Source: Trichosphaerium sp. ATCC 40318 | Lineage: Eukaryota > Protista > Tubulinea | Direction: 5' to 3' | Assembly: GCA_038496445.1 (NCBI GenBank) | Contig: JALMLS010000414.1 | Location: forward strand, 62,001-126,000 | Length of the DNA: 64,000 nt | Shown here: piece by piece, positions 53,908 to 64,000 of the stretch | Layout: each line of letters opens with the position of its first letter | How positions within the stretch are numbered: the stretch's first letter is position 1 | Notes under the pieces: model-generated | The model's database searches: none | Seen by the model: the letters and a program-made list of their open reading frames with translations, nothing else | What the model was told of the DNA's origin: nothing | Program-made: the position numbers and the translations under genes

Positions 53908-54647
53908 GGTACGGAAGTGTTAGGTGTTTTTTACTAAAAACGGCAAAAAGAAACTTAAATTCGGGGAAAAATTTGGCACGTGCTCCTGCTGCAATCCTCC
54001 AAACAGGTTCAGAAAAGATGTAGGTACGTTTGACTAGTTGTTGCCCTTTGTTAATTACCATCTCAATCAACATAGAGGAGCCATTTTGTACATCAGTAGC
54101 AAAGAGTTTGTAGTTTAACTTGTATATTGCAGTGTAGCTTACTTTACGTTGATAGCAAGTATACTTATCGTCCGTTGGTTCCTAAAAGCAACAGGAAGAT
54201 CTTTTTTGTTGGCTTGAGAGCTTGGACACAAAGTGTGAGACCCACGTTTTACAAACTCAAAGCATACTACAATTTTTTTTGCAATTTCAGGTATTCGCTA
54301 TTTCTTACTTCACGCTCAAAAACTGTGCACTATTCAGCATTTCCAAAGTGGTAAAGAGAATAGTAATAGAGGTATGAGTCACCTTTGAAGATGAAATGTA
54401 GCTGTCATGTCCACAATTTTTGCCAGCTTTATAGCAATGACATGACGCTTTTTATCAACTTGTCATTATGGCATGTGTTGCGCTCTCCATGATGATACAA
54501 GTTGTCTAACATGTAGTTAAACTTCAAAGTATTCTCCACGGAATCAAAATTCGTGTATTTTCCTTTTTAGGTCTTTCATTTCTTTATTCGGAAAGTGAGA
54601 CCCGTAATTGGTCAATTACTCTTATCATCCAAGTAAACGCCCATAAA

Positions 54648-55091
54648 ATGACAAATAATATCTTTTTGCTTGTTGTTCTTTGTATTACGTTGTTTTGTAT
54701 TCATTCTAGCGCAAAACTCAATGTAAAGACTAAAAGATACACGTATACGCTAGATATAGAAGAAGAAGACATGGACCGGTATGATTGGGAGGAAGTTATG
54801 TGTCCTTCAGCTAAAACGGTTGGATTGAACCCCTGGGCGCATCAAGTGTTTCCAACAGTGAAGGAGCTATCTACAATGGGTACTAACGGAGTTGACGGCG
54901 TTCTTTGTATTTATCGCTCTCGATGGCGCCGTACTCCTGTTTATACGATAGTACTCGTATCATTCGCGTTTAAAGAAGGAGAAAACAACTTGGAAGTATT
55001 CTCAACAGTATCCAAAAGATGCGATTATGCTGTACGTTACTGTGGTGTTCATGTTGGTGTCAGAAAGATCAAAAGATGGTATTGGGAATAG
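54648..55091 (+). CDS. Intronless secreted hypothetical protein (147 aa)
   Basis: ATG ORF with a hydrophobic signal peptide and downstream AATAAA. Confidence 0.7.
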   Translation: MTNNIFLLVVLCITLFCIHSSAKLNVKTKRYTYTLDIEEEDMDRYDWEEVMCPSAKTVGLNPWAHQVFPTVKELSTMGTNGVDGVLCIYRSRWRRTPVYTIVLVSFAFKEGENNLEVFSTVSKRCDYAVRYCGVHVGVRKIKRWYWE

Positions 55092-56373
55092 TGCTACGCT
55101 AGCTGAATAAAAAAACCTGTCTATCAATAAAATACACTTGTTAGGCTTGTAATTAAGCTCTATTTCTTCTTTTATTTTTATGGATACGACGTAACTTGCA
55201 CACTGGAATTGAAGGAATTAGAGAAAAACAAGATTGTCGACAATCTCATTTTTTCAGTTCGTCATAACTCAGAGCCTTCACAATTTCTATGTCTCACATT
55301 TCATGAAATACATGCTATCAGGTTAATTAAACATTTTTTCTTTTTGTTTGTTACAAGGTACTGAATGTAGCTAGCTCATAGTGATGAACAAAGACAAGCA
55401 AAAAAAAAAAAGGGATAATCGATAGTCTGTTTTTATTTATATTCCGGGTCAATTCCTGCACAACAAAAGTGCCAGTTCATTACTTTGACATATCACGTGA
55501 GTATGAACAAACGGTAGAAAAAACAATAGTCATTGAACATCTTCTTACAACCGTATAAAACAAAGCAAAAGCCAATACATGACGCTTCATCAGTAACAGA
55601 ATCTGTAAACTGTATATAGTCTGTCTTTTCGCTCTGGTTCTCGTTACAGTATATGACTTAGCTGGATCTATTGGCGATGATCCCTTGTAACCTATTGTAC
55701 ACGCATGTTTTCTGTAATACTTACTCCATTGTAAAAAACGTTACATAATAAAGTACGTGCTAGCACACTGCCTTTTGTGAAAAAAAAAAAGATACTTCAT
55801 CCAAGACTCAGTCAATGGTACGAATGAACCATTATCATATTTCCTCCCCTATGGTTTACATAGTTGATGGAGCGGTTACCGCGCTAATATCTACTCTTAT
55901 AAAACAAAAACAGAGGTCTGAGGAACAAAACAATGACAAATACACGATAGGCAAACACCCTATATTTATTACTAAGCGCTGATGCTTTCGTATTTCCTAA
56001 GGCATGATCTGCTTTTCTAATCATAAGCACTACATTGTGTCTACATCTAGATGAAATTATGCCGTAAAGGATGCATAAATATGTAATAAATTAACTGTCA
56101 CGTGATTGCAATAATTTCTTGAGTCTGCAGTGCACATACGTCATACATGGTTCGTGGCAAGCAAGACACGATGTAGCAGAGGTTGGGCCATTCCCAAGGT
56201 CGTATTTGGTAGAAAGGACTATAGTATTATTTTGTACCTGAAGGACAAATAGACATGCAGAGTAGTACGTAAACAAAACATCAAAAACAACCACACCAAT
56301 AGTGTTTTGATTAATCACAAAGTGTGGTTTCAAGGTTTCTAGACTACAATACAATTTATTGCTTACAATTACT

Positions 56374-58305
56374 TTAACGTTTAGATGGTTGAACGCTGTC
56401 TCTTACACTTTGGGTTCTCTTCCTCTGTGCTTCCCTGTTGTACGGCAAAACAATACGACGTATCGGCTAAAAAACAACAATTAGAATTTGTATTCTTTGT
56501 TCGTTCTTAGTATTTTCAAAAAATCAGTCACGTGCCTTTACAAATATTACGATTAATATCACTATTATAACCAATAGTAGTACACCTCCAACAACCACTA
56601 AAATAATCCACCATTCCAAGGAGGAACCAGATGTTCCGCAGTTGTCTTTAACATTGAAAACGACGGAAAGAGAATTACTTGTATATTCAGTGTCTCCTAC
56701 CGTGACTTCTTTACAACTTGATTCACTTGACACCTTTATACTGTTAAACCCAGATACAAGACATTCAAACTCAAGAATACTACGCTTGGTTCCATTTTTT
56801 GGAATGGAATCAAGTCGAATTTCAAGAACACCTTCTGATGTTTCCAAGCACCCTTTAAAGACATTAGCGCGAAACGCTTGTAGTGCCAAGAATTCTTGTA
56901 AAGAATCTTACCATTTATCTGTATTGTTGTGTTCTGGCCAATAGTTAGAGTGCTGTTTAATATAGATAGTGTTCCAGCTATTATCCGCAAATTTTCTACA
57001 ATTTCAATATCAGAATCAACAATTAATCCAATCTACAACAAACGTTAGCGGACAAAACCAATAGAAACCTTACTGGTATTGTTGGAGTATCCGTAGGCTC
57101 CATGGTTGGTGGTTCTGTAGGTTCTTCAGTAGGCGATTCAGTTGGTTCCGCAGTCGGTGGGGATACTATCTCGCTTGCTTGGACAGTTTTAGTGCTTTTG
57201 TAAAACGCTTGTCAATGTACCGTATGCCATTATGTTTTGTAAGAATATAAGAGCATCTTCTCTGTAGATGTATTCGTTGTTAAAAACGTCAACATCTCCA
57301 ATCAAAAGCACACGTCCGTCACCTAATAAGACACGTTTAGGGTCACTTATTTTGGAACCAGTAAGAACAAAAGGTAAATTTGTTTTCACACGAGAAAAAT
57401 ACAAGAAAATGTGTAATAATATTGTACCCCATGTGATTTCTACAATGGCAGGTAGTGTTTTGTATACTGCCAATATAGTATGATTAATACTCGTTGGTTC
57501 AATAGCAAATGAAACTAAACGTAAGTCATGAAAAACCACGTGAGTTTTTTGACAAAGTCAAAACAAACCTCTCGAATCTCTAAATTTTAAATCAAGAAGA
57601 GTAAAAACTCTCGTGATATTATCAAATAGCACGTGTTGCTTTTCAACAGGATTCAACTATGAACGCATTAGGAAATAATTTGTAAGATAATCTAGAGCGT
57701 ACTCTTCCTAGAGCAATATAAGAATAGCAAGAAATTCCTTGACAATCATGTGGCGTAATATCTACGAAGAAGGTTAAAAACCTGAATTAACCTCTACCAA
57801 GAAGAACTTGTTGTACCTGTAAACATTGAACAGTAGCTTTGGTCCGGCTGATCACATGTCAATACAGCAACGTGACCTTCCGATACCCAATCAAGAATAT
57901 CTGTTTCTTCTCCTCTTTCTGTCATTGCACCAGTTACTAATACATCAGCATCCTCAAGAGTGGTTGAATTAAACGATTCAACAAAATCCAAAGTATAGTT
58001 CATCGCTATTCAAAGTCAGATCGCTCTGACTTGGTATTATTACGTACCAAGTATATCTCTCATTTCGTTGTATGACCCAGCTGTATCGTTATAATTTCCG
58101 TACGTTGCTTGTCTAAATGTAAAGTTAAGAAGTTGAAGGACACCTTAGTTTTCACGTGCCTTTCTTCTGATGGCATAATTATATTCAAAGCATCAATCGT
58201 TACGTAATTTGGATAGAGTGATATCATCACAAGTACAAACAATAGATATGTTACTCCCTTTAGCACATAGCAATCACTAAATAAGGCTCTCGGAATTACC
58301 ATCAT
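56374..58305 (-). CDS. Type I single-pass membrane protein with PT/E-rich linker (multi-exon)
   Basis: N-terminal hydrophobic segment, PTAEPTESPTEEPTEPPT linker, WWIILVVVGGVLLLVIIVILIVIF TM helix, basic tail KPIRRIVLPY. Two GC-AG introns. Confidence 0.75.
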
Positions 58306-58731
58306 TTGGTCGGAGATCACTGTTGTAACAAAAACAACCTCCCTAATAAATGAAACGTCAATTCATGTTGGTGATGTTTTCCGAAGAGGCTGAGCGCCAA
58401 AACAGCCGCGATAAACTGCCAAAGTAGATTTTATACGTAGAAACACATGCGACATACCTCACGCGTGGATAGAAGCTTTAACACCGGACTATCAGGGTCG
58501 GCTTAATGAGCTATTTTTAAGTTCGTTCACAAGTTAAACAATCACGTTTTTTAAACTTAGGAATGCCAAGGTGTCTCCCAACCTTATGAGGAATAATATC
58601 GTACAATCGCGGAAGCAGACCTTTAATTATGCACCAAACTCTTTGAAGGTAAATAGTTGCCAAAAAAAACTTCGGAACAATTTTCAACAAAAGTCGTTTT
58701 TTTGTTTCTGCAAGCGCAAGTCTTATTCAAC

Positions 58732-59419
58732 ATGACATCAAGTGGAGTAAAGGGTCGCGGTGGTACCGAGCCTATGGATACTGGCTCAGCTATATTTGAT
58801 AAGCTCGACGCCGACAGTGTTGGACCTATCAAATGTACATACAATTACCTGTAATCGCTATATTAACGTTTTTGGCAGCCATTGAGGGTTGGATTGTCTT
58901 TGTACGAAATGTACACAGAGAAGCAACCGAAGAGGCCATCAGAGATAAATTTTCAGACTACGGCGAGATCAAGAACTTGCAAATGCCACTTGATCGCCGA
59001 ACAGGCTTTGTAAAAGCAAGTATTTGAAAATACATCCAATAATCGACTAACAGTCGCTAGGGATACTGTCTCATCGAGTACGAAAAAAAACCAGAGGGTC
59101 AAGACGCAATTAGCACCACAAACGGCATTCAATTCATGGAGAACACACTAGAAGTAGATTGGGCATTTTCTATACCACAACGAAGGAAAAAAGCGTACGT
59201 TCGATAATGTATTTCAACGTAGCGTACCAAAATACGCTCTCAAATCATACACGCGCTACCCACCAACGCCAGACCTCACTTCACGCCAAAAAAACATTTT
59301 CCCTCGCTTACGCTCAACAAACAAAACACAACGTGCTCAAACTCATTCAAAAATCATCGCCACGTTTAATAGTACTACCACGTTAAATACTGATCGAATA
59401 TTTTAGTGCTGGCCGTTAA
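58732..59419 (+). CDS. RBM8A: RNA-binding protein 8A / Y14 (exon junction complex)
   Basis: [23 protein letters not shown]...[26 protein letters not shown]...VDWAF. Ends at 59419 if intron 59195-59406 is spliced, otherwise at 59207. Confidence 0.95.
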
Positions 59420-59753
59420 GAAATTATTTCAACAAAGAAAACGCAAATGAAGCAGACCTGTGTAGAGTTTTGACGCCATATTTGCGTAATAAACAACATT
59501 TCTCTACTCCCAAACATCGCACTTCGATATTCACGTACCACGCCACTAATGATGACTCAAAAATCGCTTTTAATTGCCTAAGCGCTTCTCATTATCACTA
59601 TCAAGTGCCTGATGTCATTGTTACAAACACAGAGTGACAGTTAGAACGTTTTTCTGATTTTATTTTTTTTCAAAAGGGCGTCAATGGTACAATCAATTAC
59701 AAGCTTTTTTAGAGCCGTACGAAGGGCATACATGAATTTAAGGAAGATTATTT

Positions 59754-60915
59754 TCAAGATGATGGATTTTCTTTTTTTTCTACTTCTACTGGCTCTATTT
59801 TCCTTGCAATAAGCAATCTTAGGCGTTCAACACGTTCTCTTGATCGTTCTAGCTTCTTATTGGACGATTTAATTATTTCAGATATAAACTCTTCATTCAC
59901 TAAAACTTTGCCATTGATTGCTATTAGTGTCTAATGAAACCGTTAATCTCAAGCTTCCAATGCTTTTATAGGCTTCTTCTTTAACGCGTAGAAGCATGAC
60001 ATCTACGTACCTCTATTCTTTGAGTGTCTACGATGCATAACATTACCTTGTTTTCAGCTATTCAATATTAATTAGAGCCTTTAGTAGAGCTATGGAGTTG
60101 ATATAGAACTTACCTATGCTACGAATTGACGAGTTCTTTAAACCACATGCTTTTGCAAGATTGAGGGCTCTCACAGCGTTAGGAACGTCCCTGCAACAAA
60201 CCTGTGTAACTGTAAGCAATTTGCAATTTCTGTACTAAACTGAGAATACTTACAGCAACAATGACTGGCTCCATTTTCATCCACAACGAGCGACCTTCCT
60301 GAGCACGTTTAGAACAAGAAGAAACAAAGCTCCAAAAACCAGCGTCTGTGTTAGTTAAACTTCTATGCTGGCGCGTAGAGTTCGTATATACGCCAATTGG
60401 ATAACTTCAAGAGGTGTAGGCGTACATAAGTGTTTTTTTTTGTATCCTCATTAATCTTATCCCAAATGACGGATTCGTCTTTAACAAGGGCGTGTGATAC
60501 GAATAACCTGATATAATGTTTCAGAAAAACACTTTACTGTTAAAATGTACCAATCGACGGCAAACTTGTCTTTATCGTTTAAACCAGTTAGTATTACTCG
60601 TCCAGCGCAGCTTGACGTTGTGTAAAAATCTGTTTTGGCATTCATAGTCTCTGTTACGTAAAATTAGCGCTTATATGCGCGAAAAGAGGGTCGTACGCAA
60701 GAATGGTAAAATTTCTTTGTCAGCGGTACCTAACGCGTATTATATACACGGAAAAAGTGCAACACGCTACCAGCTCGCGATTTATCAGCTTCAGGGCTAG
60801 CCAATAAAGAAAGCACACGTTTCTTTTCAGCATCGAAATCTACAACCTGTTTGACGGCGACTTGTTTATGCTTTTTTCGTGGCGGATACTTGCGCTTTGT
60901 CTCAACCTCAGCCAT
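59754..60915 (-). CDS. TYW3: tRNA wybutosine-synthesizing methyltransferase
   Basis: FDAEKKRVL...DKSRAG...DKEILPFL...FYTTSSCAGRV...WLFVSH...MEPVIVAV...CGLKNSSI. Confidence 0.88.
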
Positions 60916-61013
60916 GCTGAAGGTAGACGGGAAAGTAACTTAGTCAAAAGTCAGTAAACGCCGCATTATTTTTGTTTTATCCAAATCGTCATCCTAATCA
61001 GACCATCTAGAAC
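60916..61013. promoter_or_regulatory. Probable bidirectional promoter TYW3/RPS16
   Basis: Only 98 bp separate the divergent start codons. Confidence 0.6.
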
Positions 61014-61693
61014 ATGGAGCAACACAAAAAGAGGGTACAAACGTTTGGGCGTAAGGTAAGCACAGTTTGAGCGTATTTAGACCCTTAACTGGTGATTTAG
61101 AAAACTGCCCTTGCTGTAGCTTTCCTTTCCGAAGGCACTGGTGTTATTAAAGTAAATGGCAAACCATGGGATCTAATTGAACCTAAAGTCCTCGCCTGGA
61201 AAATTTACGAGCCAATTGCTCTAGTTGGTGCTGATAAATTCACCAACCTCGACATTCGTGTGCGAGTACGTGGTGGTGGTAAAGTAGCTCAGATTTACGC
61301 TATCCGCCAAGCTATGGCTCGTGGCGCCGTCGCATGGTATCAAAAATGTACGTCTGGGAAATCCTTTGGAATAATACCACACGCTGTAATTTGTTTAAAA
61401 CAACGCGAATCGAGCGTATTTAATTTATAGAAACTAAAATACAGAAAAATACGCTCAAACAATCTTCACAGCAACTGAAAACACGTCAAATTATTTTTTT
61501 TTTGATCCATCGTATTTTACGTTCTTTGTACTAATATACTTTTACAGACGTCGATGAGGCATCTAAACGCGAACTCAAAGAAATTTACACTGGATATGAT
61601 CGCTTTTTGCTTGTTGCTGATCCAAGACAAAAGGAAGCAAAGAAATTTGGTGGTCACGGTGCCCGCGCCAGAAAAAGAAAGTCATACCGTTAG
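61014..61693 (+). CDS. RPS16: 40S ribosomal protein S16 (uS9), 3 exons
   Basis: VQTFGRKKTALAVA...[21 protein letters not shown]...[17 protein letters not shown]. Confidence 0.98.
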
Positions 61694-62038
61694 GCTGTTA
61701 CTCTGTGTTTATAATAAAAAAAAAACAGTGCAAAAACCCCAAAGGGAGGACACACTTTTTTTTCTACCCTTCGGAACAAACAAGGCATTATTTCGTTGTT
61801 TGAGTGAGTATTTCGTACTCTTGGTTTTTTTTTCTTCTAAGAGACTTTGTGCAGAATAACGACAACAAAACTCAGAGTCTGCACGACATGATGTTGTTTT
61901 TCAAAAGTTTTCGATTTGAGGAGATTGAACAAGTGTCAAATAGTGAGACGCGATGAAATAACGTGAGACGAGTATAGTAGGTTAATATGGAGCAGGTTTA
62001 TGTTACAGGCTCTCGAGGGTTTTATTTTATTCACAAAT

Positions 62039-62528
62039 TTAAGTATCGAGGAAGTTAGCAGCCATGAGCAATTCCAAGGCGATTTCAGGTACAATTGGAA
62101 ACTCTGAACAAGTGTCAGCATGGTTTAAATGAATAATGTTGTTTTAAGGCGCGTTTTTTCAAAATACAACGCGTTTATACGCACCTGGGATTTCGGATGT
62201 GGAGTTAGACCACTTTTGTTTGTAATAGAAGTATTCAATTACTTTCTCCAAAATATTGGTTCTAATGTCTCTGAACGAGATCTCATTCATCTCATTCTCA
62301 GTGAAGGTACCTAACGAAAGAGTTAGCTTCAACTAAAACATAAAAAAAAACGTTGAGAGTCCCAACGACTACTAATATAAACGGTATTATGTCATACGCA
62401 CCAGGACCAGAAAGCATAGCTTTAATTGTGCCTGAAACCATAGCGCACTTGCGATCTACGACGAATTTGTGGCCTTCACACGACACAATTTTAATAGTGT
62501 CCGGTTCAAAATCAGCTGCTTCGGACAT
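62039..62528 (-). CDS. ELOC: Elongin C, 3 exons
   Basis: IVSCEGHKFVVDRKCAMVSGTIKAMLSGPG...ILEKVIEYFYYK...[23 protein letters not shown]. Confidence 0.95.
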
Positions 62529-62731
62529 CTTTTGCTGCAATTTTAGAGCTGGTCAAAGCAAAGACTTTGTGTAGAATTTCATCGAAAAACTCAAACAGAA
62601 AAGAAAACACGAGTCTTCAGAGAATTTATTTATTTTTTTTACAGTTGAGAGAAGCGTTGCGTGACGTAGTGCGTAACGCTCTTTACTATCAGTACAAACG
62701 AGGTGGGTATTATTAAGTTGTCAACAATCGC

Positions 62732-64000
62732 CTAATGAGCGAGGTATGCATCCACTACGCGCGTAATATAACGTCGACAAATTGGACCTACAACCGTCCG
62801 TAAGTAACAGAAAGGTGCATACAATCAAGAATTGATTTAAAAACGTACACTGGCTGAGTTGCTTAGAACACTCTTTGCAACAACAAACGTGTCCACACTC
62901 GAGAAACACGGTATTAATCTTAGCATCTAAGCATACAACACATTCCTTAATCTCAATTGGCGGTGCAGACTCTGAAAATCGATCTAGAGCGATAAAGTAA
63001 GCTACAAAAGGGTATCTATCAGTCTCTAAAAGGCAAACCTTTTTTCTCATCTGGCACTTCGTCTTCATCTTCACCAATTTCCTTCTTTATACGCTCTATT
63101 AGTTCCTCCTTTTCAACACAGTCATAAAATTGAACATTATGGCGTTTAAGAATTAATTTTAGCTCTCGGACGCGTAGATTATGTAGATTAGTGAAATCAA
63201 CAGGTTCTCTAGTGTAAGTAAAGTTAGCATGACCGAGAGGGAACAACAAAAGGAACTAAAGCCTCTTAGAGACTTTGTTTGAATGATTTTTTTTCAAGCC
63301 AAAACTTACATTTCAGGCTCCACAACTGGCGCTGGTTGTGGTGCAGGTTGTACTGGTACTTGTTGAGGTTGTTGTTGAGGTACATACTGCTGTTGGTAGT
63401 GTTGCTGTGGGGGAACTATAAAAGGGTTATATTAGAGTAGACTAAAGCGGAATGTTGGACTTTTTTTTTGGAAGAAAGTTTTTCTATTCTTGTCGTAAAG
63501 TAGGTACCGTTTCGTTGAGGTGCTCTTTGGTTTCCAGTACGTTGTGCTATCTCATCAACGATTAGCGTGACGAGCTCGCCTTTCTCTAAAGCGAGTGCTG
63601 TGTTGAATTGTTGATTACGCGCAAAACCTTTTAAATCGCTACTCTCAAGCTGCATTAACCCAGTTCTGTTGCCATTTGCTCCTTTTGATAAAAATGAGCA
63701 ACAAAAAAAAAATGAACGACTTGTTTTCATTCAATTAAACGGATGAAAGGAAGTTTTGAGTATTTCAGTTGTTTTGTTAGGGCTTTTAAACTTCTTGTGA
63801 TTTTCAGGAGACTATCGCAACTGGACGCACCATTTACAAGTATATTACAATGCATACATACACGTTGTGGTCTATTAAAACCCTTGATAGCGCATTAGTG
63901 TAAAAGTCTGTGTTAATACAACGATCCTCATCGTCTGTGCGACGTTGTAGTATACATGAGATTTACGTGCCTGTAGTACTAAGGAAAACCGAGAGCAGTC
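62732..64000 (-). CDS. RNF34/RFFL-like E3 ligase (FYVE-like end, two SAP-like domains, RING-HC); 5' end beyond right edge
   Basis: PQRVCMHC, LRVRELKLIL...CVEKEELIER, CVVCLDAKINTVFLECGHVCCCKECSKQLSQCPICR. Confidence 0.85.

Noticed and set aside
62654-62681. Short imperfect hairpin between the RING gene and ELOC
   Set aside because: Only about 10 bp with mismatches in a CG-rich patch; could be chance.
1-64000. Stop-codon reassignment, suggested by the many short ORFs
   Set aside because: Fragmentation is explained by introns. ELOC ends in TAA, RPS16 in TAG, and anoctamin and TYW3 in TGA.

Overview
AT-rich (roughly 35% GC by eye), gene-dense nuclear DNA of an intron-rich unicellular eukaryote; the species cannot be identified from this window. 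It uses the standard genetic code (TAA, TAG and TGA all end conserved genes). Introns are mostly 40-60 nt with GTACGT/GTAAGT-type donors, plus occasional 100-300 nt poly(A/T) introns. I hand-spliced about 30 gene models. Conserved genes: MRPL43, a dynamin-related GTPase, anoctamin, PIKfyve/Fab1, RBM8A/Y14, TYW3, RPS16, Elongin C, an RNF34/RFFL-like E3 and a GH74-like hydrolase. These alternate with accessory genes: five F-box-like genes, MORN-repeat genes, a head-domain/coiled-coil/SPRY family, an RTX-like pseudogene and small secreted proteins. No rRNA, tRNA, CRISPR array or autonomous transposon was recognised. Most striking unexplained signals: (1) the palindrome CACGTG occurs at least 54 times, versus about 6 expected, in introns, intergenic DNA and exons, and forms part of several GC-AG splice donors; (2) at least 7 GC-AG introns; (3) a 53-bp near-perfect hairpin whose loop is repeated next door; (4) complementary elements flanking RPS16 exon 2; (5) a 107-bp duplication of a splice acceptor in one SPRY paralog. 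Gene boundaries are hand-derived and some starts are uncertain.
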